IMG/VR virus record: IMGVR_UViG_3300032216_000646
Coordinates: 31,751 to 95,750 of that record
Length of the DNA: 64,000 nucleotides
DNA from: a virus
Taxonomy: Duplodnaviria; Caudoviricetes
Reading direction: 5' to 3' (one strand)
Shown: positions 7,615 to 16,862 of the stretch, in pieces
How positions within the stretch are numbered: the first letter of the stretch is position 1
Layout: each line of letters starts with the position of its first letter
The notes under the pieces: generated by a model
Databases searched by the model: none
Seen by the model: only the letters and a program-made list of their open reading frames with translations
Told to the model about the DNA's origin: nothing
Program-made: the position numbers and the translations under genes

Positions 7615-8215
7615 TGTAGTTGATTCCAATCGGCATCTGGGGGAAATGCTTGCGGGCAATCGCCAAGGTAGTCAAACCACCAGTAACTACAGGGTTTCCG
7701 TCGTTCCAGCGGACGTCTATTTTTGGCTGTTCAACGCCCGACGTGTATTTTTCGATTAAATCTCGGCTGCGCTTAGTTACGTTGTTGCGGTAGTGGGTTT
7801 CGAGCATCGAGGCTACTTGGGGCGCACCTAACCGTTTGACGGCGTAACGGGAAGCGTCAGGGTTTGACGGGATGATGTGGGTAGAAATGATGTGTGTGTA
7901 AGGTAACTCTTGCGGACGATAGGCGTTATGTGGGGGTGTGGTCTCTTGACGGCTCTTACCAGTCACATCTTTAGTTATCGTGTGGACGTGTTTATCCATG
8001 TAAGTGTATTTAGACACTTGATTTACAGGATGCGGGTGGTATCCAGCGAACTCTTGGGTAGAACTACTGTTACGAGTCTTAGGACTCAAGTAACCGCAGG
8101 TAGGACATTCGAAATGGTAAGACACCTGTGTAGGTAAACCACGGTGATTGTATGGACACTGTGTAGGTGTGTCACGACGAGGGCGACCAACTTGTCCCAT
8201 AAAACCACCTGCCAT
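7607..8215 (-). CDS. Hypothetical protein; N-terminal Cys/His zinc motif, possible degenerate ParB-like C-terminus
   Basis: CPYNH..CPTC; PKIDV..VVTGGLTTLAIA. Confidence 0.55.
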   Translation of the reverse strand: MAGGFMGQVGRPRRDTPTQCPYNHRGLPTQVSYHFECPTCGYLSPKTRNSSSTQEFAGYHPHPVNQVSKYTYMDKHVHTITKDVTGKSRQETTPPHNAYRPQELPYTHIISTHIIPSNPDASRYAVKRLGAPQVASMLETHYRNNVTKRSRDLIEKYTSGVEQPKIDVRWNDGNPVVTGGLTTLAIARKHFPQMPIGINYID

Positions 8216-8321
8216 CTAACTATCTCGACCACTGTGACCGCACGCCGCCAGTCAAAAGGTTCAAATACTAGTGTGCCATTCGGTCGTTGGTTTTGTAGGC
8301 TAACCGCTGTAGGATTATTGT

Positions 8322-8855
8322 ATGCCTGAACCAGTCATCGTAACCATCCCAGAACTACTAATCCGTCAATGCGCCATGCTAGGTGTTGAACGTTGGCTAC
8401 AAAAGAAAAGCAGCGAAGACAAAGAGTCATACGCAGACGGACGCAAAAAAGGTTACCTCGAACATGACCTCCTCAACAGTGTGAGAGCCAACATCTCCGA
8501 ATGGGCTGTCGCCCAACACTACGGTCTCGCATGGAACGGTGGAATCACCTACACCAACGACCAACACGGTAAACGTCGCTACCTGCCCGACGTAGGAACG
8601 AACCTAGAGGTTCGGACACGTCGCACAGGTGGAGAGTTTGCTTTTTGGAAGTATGAAACCGAAAAGACAGGTTTCGCCGTGTTCACCGAAATAGTGGATG
8701 ACAACACCTTCGAAGAAGTGCGCATCCTCGGCTGGCTGCCAATCAGCGAATGTAGCCACCCCGACTATTGGGCTGCAGCCAACCGCCGCTACTATGTGCC
8801 TGCCTCTGCCCTAAATGACCCTCGTGACTTAGCGGCAGATGGTTTTCTAGGCTAA
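8322..8855 (+). CDS. Hypothetical phage protein, possible PD-(D/E)xK-like fold
   Basis: SEWAVA..PDVGTNLEVRTR; AGGA RBS. Confidence 0.55.
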   Translation: MPEPVIVTIPELLIRQCAMLGVERWLQKKSSEDKESYADGRKKGYLEHDLLNSVRANISEWAVAQHYGLAWNGGITYTNDQHGKRRYLPDVGTNLEVRTRRTGGEFAFWKYETEKTGFAVFTEIVDDNTFEEVRILGWLPISECSHPDYWAAANRRYYVPASALNDPRDLAADGFLG

Positions 8856-9751
8856 CCTCTCTCTCTCTCCCTCTCTCTAGCCAAAACGACCCTTTTGGCT
8901 CATTTGCCGCACCCTAACCCTTTGGCTACTGCCTCCAGTAGATACCCTCAACCATGTCTCCGCTCTGGGGGTGACCTGCGCACGGCTTCGACCGAAGGTG
9001 GGGGGGTCGGCGGATGGGCTGTCGGATGGCTGACGGACGATGGGCGAGTGCGAATCCTAGTGGTCGGCTGACCACCTGACAAGTAGTGAGGGGGGAATCG
9101 TTATACAACCGTGACTTTGGCTACTGCATCCGTCAGATTGGCGGTCGTGAAACCGCTTCCAAAGTATTAGCCACCACCCTCCACTGTTATCAGGTGTGAA
9201 CCCAGTGTTTACGAGGGTGTCAGGTGGCACGAGGCTCGTAGGCGGGCTTTCACCATGTAGGTGGTGTGATTGGACGTTTTAGGGGGGTCAGACCCTCCTA
9301 GGGGCATCCTGTGGCGTTTTAGAGGGGGTGGCTGGTCAGCCAGTTGGAGGCATGTATAACAATCGTATAACGATGCCATTTACCTATTGACAGGACAGCC
9401 AACTTATGGTAGCGACCCCAAAAGTCACAGTTTGATAACAATCTCTCCCTCTCTCTTGACTTATCTCTCTCTATGTGCATCTAACCCTCTACCTGAACTT
9501 GAATGTTCAGGGGGGGTGACCCCCCCTGTGACCCCCCTATAACGATTTGGTAACGCCTATTGTGCGACAGGCGGTTTTATGGTATTTCGCACGTGTGCGC
9601 ATGCGCCTGCGCTCGCACACCCAGATAAAACTGACCAAAACAATCGTTACCAAAACGTTACCATTTGCCTCTGTCGGAATGTCCTACGGATGTGCAAGAC
9701 TGGGGGGGTCGGCAACCCGCACCCACACGCACGTGGTCGGAGGCGCTGGCA

Positions 9752-9856
9752 GACCCCCCGTGCGGGCGGGTCGCAGGTGAGTGGATTCGCCTGCGATGCC
9801 ACCCCCGCACCTACCGCAAGGTGACCGCCTCCCCGCAAGGGCTAGGGTCGGGGGTC
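9752..9856 (+). ncRNA. Candidate structured RNA (multi-branch junction with two GCAA tetraloops)
   Basis: gaccccc/gggggtc closing stem; gtgcggg/cccgcac; tcgcaggtga/tcgcctgcga with G:U; acc-GCAA-ggt; ccc-GCAA-ggg. Confidence 0.45.
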
Positions 9857-10095
9857 GAGGCTCACGAACCGCCACTGACCGTGATAACTCCATAGTGACT
9901 ACGAAACACACATACAGGATTCCGACACCAGCCACGAAGTAGGCGCATCATGCGCCGATTCCAGTTGCAACAAGGTTCAGCCTCTCCATCGACAGGACGA
10001 TGGCGTGGCTGGTGTCGACCCTCCTGTCTCTGACCGCTTATCGGACACCAGCGCTCCCCCCGCTGGTGTCCGTTGAGTTGCCAGAGGCAACTCGA

Positions 10096-10111
10096 TGTTT
10101 CACGTGAAACA
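10096..10111. promoter_or_regulatory. parS centromere-like site (perfect consensus)
   Basis: TGTTTCACGTGAAACA, exact 16-bp palindrome matching the bacterial chromosomal parS consensus. Confidence 0.85.
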
Positions 10112-10157
10112 TTGCTCAACCTGCTCCATCAACCCAAGAACGTGAGTGTGATAACCC

Positions 10158-11504
10158 ATGACATACGCAACCATCATCAAGTCGGCACACAGTGCCTCAC
10201 TGCCACGAGAGACCGTGGTAATCGCAACGCCATCAGGCGTCCGTGCATTCACCCGCACCAACAACGGTGCGAGGGGTGCATCCAACAAGTGGTCGGTCGG
10301 CTCACCAGCCAACGCCGACCTCGAACTGGTCTACGGTCAGCCAGTGTCTCTGGCACTGACTGCCACTGACCTTGCCGAACTGGACTCTGCTCCATCGCAC
10401 ACTGGCTACCCTGCCAACATGCTCCAGCGTCTAGGTCGTGCCATCCGCACAGAGGTCGCACTGACCTCGACCAAACTGGTCGACCAGTTGGCAACCGTCT
10501 GGCATCTAGCCGAAACGGACGCCGACTCACTGGGTCAATACGTCAAGGGTCAGACAGTGGCATCCGTGCCGACCATGTCTGCTCCGACCGTGGTTGCCTC
10601 CGTGGTGACTGCTCCGAACGTGCCAGTTGCATCGGCATCCGTCAGCCAGTCCGTCAGCGGTTCAGCGCCAGTCGCATCGAACGCATTGCGCATCCCGCAA
10701 CTGACAGAGCCAGAACTTGCGGGCTACATTGACCGTGTGTTCGGCAACAAGAAACGCACTGGTGTCGAACTGCTCGACCACGCTCGCAAGGTCGGATTCA
10801 ACGTCCGCATCGAGGGTCACGCAGGCACTGGCAAGACCACGTTCACCCGCTACTATGCGGGCATGCGAGGTCTCATTCACGTTGCTATCCCATGCTCCCC
10901 GCAGACCGACTCACTGGACGTGCAGGGTGGCTGGGTGCGTGACTCGTTAGGTGGCTGGAGATTCCAACTCTCTCCATTCGCAGAGGCGATTCAGCAACCG
11001 TCAGTGATTCTGCTCAACGAGGCGAACCGCATGCCATCCAAGGGTCAAAACATGTTCTTGCAGGTTCTGCAGGAGCGCCGACTGACCTTGTCGACCTACG
11101 ACAACAGCGTCATTGAGGTTCACCCTGACTGCCTAATCATTGCCGACCTGAACGCTGGTCGGCAATACGTAAGCACGAACGCACTTGACCCTGCATTCGT
11201 TGACCGATTCAAGTTGCCAATCGTGTTCGGTTACGACCGTGACATCGAGGAGAAACTGGTCAAGTCCAAGACCCTGCTCGACTTCGCATGGAACGTGCGC
11301 AGTCAGCCACAGGTCTACAGAGACACCCCTGTCTCTGTCCGCATGTTGACTGCATTCGAGGCGAACGCCATCGGGTTGCAGGACATCAGCATCGCCATCG
11401 AGGTGTTCGCAAACGCATTCACCAACCCAATCGAGCGTGACAGCATCCGCACCGCTCTTGAGGCGGAGGCATTCCGCATTGAAACCGACCTAGGCATTGC
11501 CTAG
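10158..11504 (+). CDS. MoxR/CbbQ/CobS-like AAA+ ATPase
   Basis: GHAGTGKT Walker A; ILLNEANR variant Walker B; LDPAFVDRF arginine finger. Confidence 0.85.
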   Translation: MTYATIIKSAHSASLPRETVVIATPSGVRAFTRTNNGARGASNKWSVGSPANADLELVYGQPVSLALTATDLAELDSAPSHTGYPANMLQRLGRAIRTEVALTSTKLVDQLATVWHLAETDADSLGQYVKGQTVASVPTMSAPTVVASVVTAPNVPVASASVSQSVSGSAPVASNALRIPQLTEPELAGYIDRVFGNKKRTGVELLDHARKVGFNVRIEGHAGTGKTTFTRYYAGMRGLIHVAIPCSPQTDSLDVQGGWVRDSLGGWRFQLSPFAEAIQQPSVILLNEANRMPSKGQNMFLQVLQERRLTLSTYDNSVIEVHPDCLIIADLNAGRQYVSTNALDPAFVDRFKLPIVFGYDRDIEEKLVKSKTLLDFAWNVRSQPQVYRDTPVSVRMLTAFEANAIGLQDISIAIEVFANAFTNPIERDSIRTALEAEAFRIETDLGIA

Positions 11505-11526
11505 GTCACGAGGAGAAACGATAACC

Positions 11527-13566
11527 ATGAACGAACTAATCATCCGTGAGAGCGTCCGTGACGCTCAATCCGAATACGCACAGCGTTGGGCATCGGTCGT
11601 TGCGAAGTTCGCAACTGCACTGACTGGTCAGCGCATCGACTGCTCACTCTCTGCAGAGACCATCGCACCAGCGTGGTCAAGTGAGTCGAGCATCTGGCTA
11701 TCAGAGCCAACCTTGCCTGACCTCCAGACCACACACGGTGTGTTGGTTGCCAAGGGTCTGGCACTGCACGAACTGGGTCACATCCTGTTCACCCCTCGCA
11801 ACGCAACCCAGTGGAGACGCACCGTCAACGCAGAGGGTCTAGGCGAGGCGATGAACATCCTTGAGGACATGCGACTTGAGTCATTGCTGGTCGCACGTCA
11901 CCGTAGCAGTGTCTCACCATGGTTGTCGGCGCTTATCCTGCACTACCTGCTGGACGATGCCAAGACCATCCCGCTTGCATTCCCTTTGATTCATGGGCGC
12001 AAGTTCTTGCCACTGGCAGTCCGTCAGGACGTCCGTGACGCCTACGAACACCAGCACATCGTGCCTGACCTCGTGCGCATCATTGACGCCTACCGCAAGG
12101 TAGTTCTGCCTCGTGACACTGACCTGTCTCTCGACCTCATTCGTGAGTTCAAGCAGGTTCTTGACTCTGTCAAGCCGACTGGCTCTGGCACTGGCAACGG
12201 TGGCACTGGCGAGGGCGAGGGTTCAACCAGCCAGCCACCGCAGGGTGGATGCGGAGTGCCTAACCCGAACCACCCGACTGGTCGACCAGAGTCCTACGAC
12301 TCTGACCCTGACCACGCACCTCTGTCCAACAAGGAGCAGGAGCAGTTGACTGACCGCATGGACGAGACCACAGAGGGTGGCGAGACTGACGAGTCACCTG
12401 CCAAGGACAAGGACGAGTCCGCAACAAACAACCAGCCAGCCGATGCAGATGATGCTGACGCCGATGGTGACGATGCGGATTCTGACGGAGGCGATTCATC
12501 CGACAGTGACTCCGACAGTGACGCCGATGACGATTCTGATTCAGATTCAGATTCGACCGATGGCGGTTGCACACTAGGTGGCTCGACCGATGGTGACTCC
12601 GATGGCGATGCTGACGGTGACGCCGATGGCGATGCTGACGGTGACAACGGTCAGCCAACCGACCAGCCAACCGACAAGGGTGGCAAGGGTGCAGGTCAGG
12701 ACGATGGCTCACAGCCAGCGCCTACCAGCCTGCAGGACGCACTGGACGCCATTGCCTCGACCCTGTCTGACGCCATTAGTCAGGTGCAGGAGCAGGTAGG
12801 TCTGTCACCTGACCTCCAGTCAGTTGACAACGTGTTCGCACAGCCTGCCGACTACAACGAGGTCAAGATGGATGACCCGAAACTGGGTCACGCATCCATC
12901 ACCATGGCGGAGGAGTTGGAGCGCCTACGTGCCGAACACGAGCCTGCATGGGAGCGTGAGACCCGCACTGGACGCCTCAACGTTGGACGCCTAGTCAACA
13001 ACGAGGACACCGACCTACCATTCGACCGCTGGAACGATGGTCAGGACGATGTCACCGCAGTCGAGGCAGTTATCATCCTCGACAACAGCGGGTCGATGGC
13101 TGGCGAACGTGCCACCAACGCCTACCGTTCGATGTTCGCTCTCAAGAGTGCGCTCGACATGCTGGGCGATGCACGTTGCACCGTGTTGACATTCAACTAC
13201 CGTGCGCACCTGCTCTATGGTGCGGACGAGGTTGCAGGCTCAACCATCCGTGACGCAGGCGCATCAGGTGGCACGAACGCACACGATGCCATCGCCTATG
13301 CGACCAACGTCCTTGCCAAGTCAGAACAGCCAATCAAGTTGTTCTTTGCCATCACCGATGGTGACTGGTCGGACGCCAACCGTTCGGATGAACTAATCGG
13401 CAAGTTGCGAGACGCTGGTGTCCTCACCGCCATCGCACAGGTCGGTGGCGGTTCAACCAACGACCACGGATGCGAGGTCTACAGCGATGTCAACAACACC
13501 GCCGACCTCCTCGTCCTAGGTCGCAAACTGGTCAACCTCGCAGTTGACCGCAACCTCGCTCGCTAG
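11527..13566 (+). CDS. CobT-like protein: HExxH metallopeptidase-like domain, acidic linker, vWA domain
   Basis: HELGH..NILEDMRLE; D/S/G-rich linker; IILDNSGSM..GGT..ITDG MIDAS motif. Confidence 0.85.
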   Translation: MNELIIRESVRDAQSEYAQRWASVVAKFATALTGQRIDCSLSAETIAPAWSSESSIWLSEPTLPDLQTTHGVLVAKGLALHELGHILFTPRNATQWRRTVNAEGLGEAMNILEDMRLESLLVARHRSSVSPWLSALILHYLLDDAKTIPLAFPLIHGRKFLPLAVRQDVRDAYEHQHIVPDLVRIIDAYRKVVLPRDTDLSLDLIREFKQVLDSVKPTGSGTGNGGTGEGEGSTSQPPQGGCGVPNPNHPTGRPESYDSDPDHAPLSNKEQEQLTDRMDETTEGGETDESPAKDKDESATNNQPADADDADADGDDADSDGGDSSDSDSDSDADDDSDSDSDSTDGGCTLGGSTDGDSDGDADGDADGDADGDNGQPTDQPTDKGGKGAGQDDGSQPAPTSLQDALDAIASTLSDAISQVQEQVGLSPDLQSVDNVFAQPADYNEVKMDDPKLGHASITMAEELERLRAEHEPAWERETRTGRLNVGRLVNNEDTDLPFDRWNDGQDDVTAVEAVIILDNSGSMAGERATNAYRSMFALKSALDMLGDARCTVLTFNYRAHLLYGADEVAGSTIRDAGASGGTNAHDAIAYATNVLAKSEQPIKLFFAITDGDWSDANRSDELIGKLRDAGVLTAIAQVGGGSTNDHGCEVYSDVNNTADLLVLGRKLVNLAVDRNLAR

Positions 13567-13588
13567 TCGAGCGGGGTTGCTCCCAACG

Positions 13589-13632
13589 ACTGGCTGGCAT
13601 CGGGCTTATCACACTCACCGATGCCAGCCAGT
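13589..13632 (+). other. 15-bp intergenic stem-loop (possible processing site or terminator)
   Basis: actggctggcatcgg / ccgatgccagccagt perfect inverted repeat. Confidence 0.55.
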
Positions 13633-13747
13633 TCTCACATCCGTCACATCATCCGTTAGACCTGTCTCATCCTTCGTTCAGAACTTTCTCTGGCAAGGGC
13701 AACCCGCAACAAACAAATCCATCAACGCTAAAGGAGCGTGGTAACCC

Positions 13748-14428
13748 ATGACAATCAACCATCGACCAGCAGGCTCGCCTGCCTCTAACCAATACGGACA
13801 GTTCACCGTCCGCTACGCATCACCAGCGCAACAGCGATTCATCGCCAAACTGCTGGACGAACGTGACCACACGCTGGGCGCACTTGACCCAGCGACCGTG
13901 AACGTTCAGAACGCCTCCAGCATCATCGACCAGTTGCTGGCATTCCCTATCCGTGCCGACAAGGTGGTCTACGCCTCTGACAAACAGCGAGCGTTCATCA
14001 CCTCGCTCCGTGAGTCCAAGGTCAACGGTGGCATCATCGTGGACGAGGCGCTCGCCAAGTTCGGTGTGACCCTCGACCAGATAACCTCCACGCAGGCACG
14101 TAACCTCATTGACCGCCTGCTGGTGGCTCAATCCATCCCCAAGACCGTCAGGGTCGAGGTGGGCGCTTACATGCACAAGGGCGTGGTCTACAGCGTCCGC
14201 AGAGGCACACAGTCGGGCAACCTCAACGCATTCCAGTGGAATGGTGACGCATGGGTCTACGCTGGCGCAGTCAAATACGCCATCGAGCCATCGGAGCGCC
14301 TAAGCCTCATGGATGCGATGAACTTCGGAGCAGGCACAGGCGTCTGTGTCCACTGCGGTCGAACCCTGACCGACCCTGACAGCGTTCGATTCGGCATCGG
14401 CTCAACCTGTCGCAAGAAATACAACTAG
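13748..14428 (+). CDS. Phage protein with C-terminal DUF6011-like zinc finger
   Basis: CVHCGRTLTDPDSVRFGIGSTC; repeated AS..Q..FI..L units. Confidence 0.7.
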   Translation: MTINHRPAGSPASNQYGQFTVRYASPAQQRFIAKLLDERDHTLGALDPATVNVQNASSIIDQLLAFPIRADKVVYASDKQRAFITSLRESKVNGGIIVDEALAKFGVTLDQITSTQARNLIDRLLVAQSIPKTVRVEVGAYMHKGVVYSVRRGTQSGNLNAFQWNGDAWVYAGAVKYAIEPSERLSLMDAMNFGAGTGVCVHCGRTLTDPDSVRFGIGSTCRKKYN

Positions 14429-14556
14429 TCATACACGTGTCCGTCCGTAAGTCCATCCGCCAGTTTTTGGATACCCCGGTGAAAGCCAGGTCGTACCAAT
14501 CCCTGACGGATGGACTCGGACGTTCATCGTCCGTCAACCTATCCATTGGAGCAAAC

Positions 14557-14799
14557 ATGAACCGTGAAAAAAATCAAGTCTCTCGTCCGCCTTTTATCCT
14601 TAGAGCCATCCGTCAGCCAATCCGATTAGCACTCGTGGTCGGGTTCTGCTACCTCGTGGTTGGATTCATCAACATTGAAATCTGGCTCGTCAACCAAAGT
14701 CCGTTCATAAACGGTGGTGACCTACTTGCTTGCATTCTGGCAGTGGTCGCAGTTAGAGTATTAGTCCGCATCATCCCCGACACCAAGAAAGTGAAGTGA
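14557..14799 (+). CDS. Small membrane protein
   Basis: GGAG RBS; two hydrophobic segments. Confidence 0.6.
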   Translation: MNREKNQVSRPPFILRAIRQPIRLALVVGFCYLVVGFINIEIWLVNQSPFINGGDLLACILAVVAVRVLVRIIPDTKKVK

Positions 14800-14804
14800 T
14801 ACCC

Positions 14805-15503
14805 ATGCAAAGCAAGGACATTACATCCAAGCCACTCGACACAGAGTGGGCAATCATCAAGTGGAATGCCACCGTCCGCAAAGACGTCAAAGCCTCTGGT
14901 CTCGTTCACTGGGAGTCTTTGGAAAAGGTCACACTGGTCAGCACCGACCGCTACGAGGTCGACAAGACCAAGCGCTCCTATGACCCAGACGATGCTCTGT
15001 TCGTCCGTAAAGCAGACCCAGTCAAGGGTTCATTCGGCTACCTAATCAAGGGCGAGGGTGACCCTGACAGTAATGACCCGACCAAGCCTGTCTATCGAGT
15101 CGTGCCTGCCAGTGACTTCATCAGTCCGTGGGCAGACCAAGCCACCCACGTGGAGGAGCAACGCAACGAGCAACAGCGCATCATCAAAGAGCAGGCAGAG
15201 GCACGTGTTCGTCAGCAAATCATCAGCGAGGAGAATGACCGCAGGCAAAGGATAGCCAGAGAGGTTGCTCTCGACCGTGCAGTCAAAGCCAACGAGACTG
15301 CCAAAGCATTCATGCTCAAGCACATCCCTGCAGACATGGTGGAGGACATGGTGGACTTCAACTTCTACTCCGATGTCACTTACAAACCGTCAGTCGATGG
15401 CATTCACCTCGATTACACGCCAAACATCAACGGTGTAATCAACATGCGAGCAGAGGTCTGGCAGACGTTCATGCAAGTGTTCATGGACTTGCAGAATGAC
15501 TAG
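14805..15503 (+). CDS. Hypothetical protein
   Basis: Long ORF following the GTGATACCCATG start motif. Confidence 0.75.
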   Translation: MQSKDITSKPLDTEWAIIKWNATVRKDVKASGLVHWESLEKVTLVSTDRYEVDKTKRSYDPDDALFVRKADPVKGSFGYLIKGEGDPDSNDPTKPVYRVVPASDFISPWADQATHVEEQRNEQQRIIKEQAEARVRQQIISEENDRRQRIAREVALDRAVKANETAKAFMLKHIPADMVEDMVDFNFYSDVTYKPSVDGIHLDYTPNINGVINMRAEVWQTFMQVFMDLQND

Positions 15504-15647
15504 CCTCAAAGAATACGGACGTCACGGATACGTGGCGTCCGTGTTCGTCTTATCCGTAACAACATCCGTAACAGCGTCCAAACATCCAAACAGCGTTGTA
15601 GCCGTTTCGGTGTTTGGCAATCCAACAAGAAAGAAAAGGTGATACCC

Positions 15648-15779
15648 ATGCGATTAGAAGTAACCGCTAAAGAAAGATTCTGGTTCATGATGCGATACAT
15701 CATGCCAAAACGTGCCATGTCAGAACTAAGCAAGCCGAACGGTGTGTTCGAGCGTTTCATGAACGGAGAGTGTCAGTAA
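15648..15779 (+). CDS. Small hypothetical protein (43 aa, not in ORF track)
   Basis: AAGAAAGAAAAGGTGATACCC-ATG; MRLEVTAKERFWF..ECQ*; TAATG coupling to the next gene. Confidence 0.7.
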   Translation: MRLEVTAKERFWFMMRYIMPKRAMSELSKPNGVFERFMNGECQ

Positions 15780-16009
15780 TGACCATTCACATTGACCTCT
15801 CCAATCTTGGAGACCCAGACGAACCATTCAACGATGAAGTCATGCAAGCGTTAGGCAAGAGCCTCACCCTATGGGTGAACGGTCATGCACACTTGCTCGC
15901 ATCCATCAACCCATCCGTCACCGTGTCCGTTGACGAACCCGAAGATGTCCCCACGGGAAACGCCGTTGGGTCAGAACAACAAGAAAGAAAAGGTGATACC
16001 CATGAGTGA
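15779..16009 (+). CDS. Hypothetical protein
   Basis: Coupled ORF MTIHIDLS. Confidence 0.6.
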   Translation: MTIHIDLSNLGDPDEPFNDEVMQALGKSLTLWVNGHAHLLASINPSVTVSVDEPEDVPTGNAVGSEQQERKGDTHE

Positions 16010-16157
16010 AAACTGGAAATCAAACTGTGACAACTGTGGCGAACGTCCGCACACTCACGGAGCAAATGGAGTCGATGGCACTCAAGTCATGCTCTGCGAT
16101 GCCTGTGTTGCAACTCTGCAAGACAAAGGTGAACTGCCAAACGTGGAGGTGGAGTGA
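16002..16157 (+). CDS. Small CxxC zinc-binding protein
   Basis: Start motif; CDNC..CDAC. Confidence 0.65.
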   Translation: MSENWKSNCDNCGERPHTHGANGVDGTQVMLCDACVATLQDKGELPNVEVE

Positions 16158-16465
16158 TGAACGATTCACCACTAAAGAAATGTCCAGTCTGCATCCGTGC
16201 CTACCGTGGCATGGGCGCACTGTCACGGAGAGACAACCAGACCGAGGTCTGCTCTGACTGTGGTCAGCGTGAGGCGCTGGAGGCATTCGTAGGACTGTCC
16301 GCAACAAACAATCCTGCCGACCCTGCCACCACCACCTGCAAGCACTGCGGTGAGACCGTCCGTCACGATGGCATCGGCGCATGGGTTGACGAGACCGATG
16401 GTGATGGATGCCTGCAAATCACCAAGTTCAATCAGGTTCACGAACCAGTATTGGCAGGTGCATGA
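16154..16465 (+). CDS. Cys-rich zinc-binding protein
   Basis: CPVC..ALSRRDNQTEVCSDCG..CKHCG. Confidence 0.7.
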   Translation: MMNDSPLKKCPVCIRAYRGMGALSRRDNQTEVCSDCGQREALEAFVGLSATNNPADPATTTCKHCGETVRHDGIGAWVDETDGDGCLQITKFNQVHEPVLAGA

Positions 16466-16749
16466 TGCAAGTTCGTTTCAGTTACTCACCAAAGCACGTC
16501 AAGTTCGTCTATGACGCTGACACCGCTCGTGTCCGTGCCACGTTCATCCACGACAGCGCAGAAGTCAACTCAAAGTGGCTTACCGCTGACGAGGAGGCGA
16601 GCATAGGCGAGGTCTACGAGGACATCTACACCTACAAGGAGTATTCCATCAACCTCAAAGAGTTGCTAGAGACCGACTTCATGTTCGACTCGTGCGACAG
16701 TGAACCCTGCAACTTTGAAATCATGCTAGACGAACTATCCGCTAGGTAG
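16462..16749 (+). CDS. Hypothetical protein
   Basis: ATGA overlap with the previous gene. Confidence 0.65.
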   Translation: MMQVRFSYSPKHVKFVYDADTARVRATFIHDSAEVNSKWLTADEEASIGEVYEDIYTYKEYSINLKELLETDFMFDSCDSEPCNFEIMLDELSAR

Positions 16750-16862
16750 TCCGTTAGGGCTTATGGACGCCTTCATCCGTGGGGGCGTCCGTAACCCTCA
16801 ACCTTCAACCCTGAGTTGAAAGATTCAAACTCAACGACATCAAGAAAGAAAAGGTGATACCC

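Noticed and set aside
9387-9410. TTGACA..TATGGT sigma70-type promoter
   Set aside because: Spacer is only 12 nt
8926-10369. Short ORFs in the divergence region
   Set aside because: Mutually overlapping, low-complexity translations of GC-rich hairpin DNA with no RBS
12440-12680. GAC/GAT-rich tandem repeats as a possible CRISPR or satellite
   Set aside because: Codon repeats of the acidic linker in the vWA protein; no repeat-spacer structure
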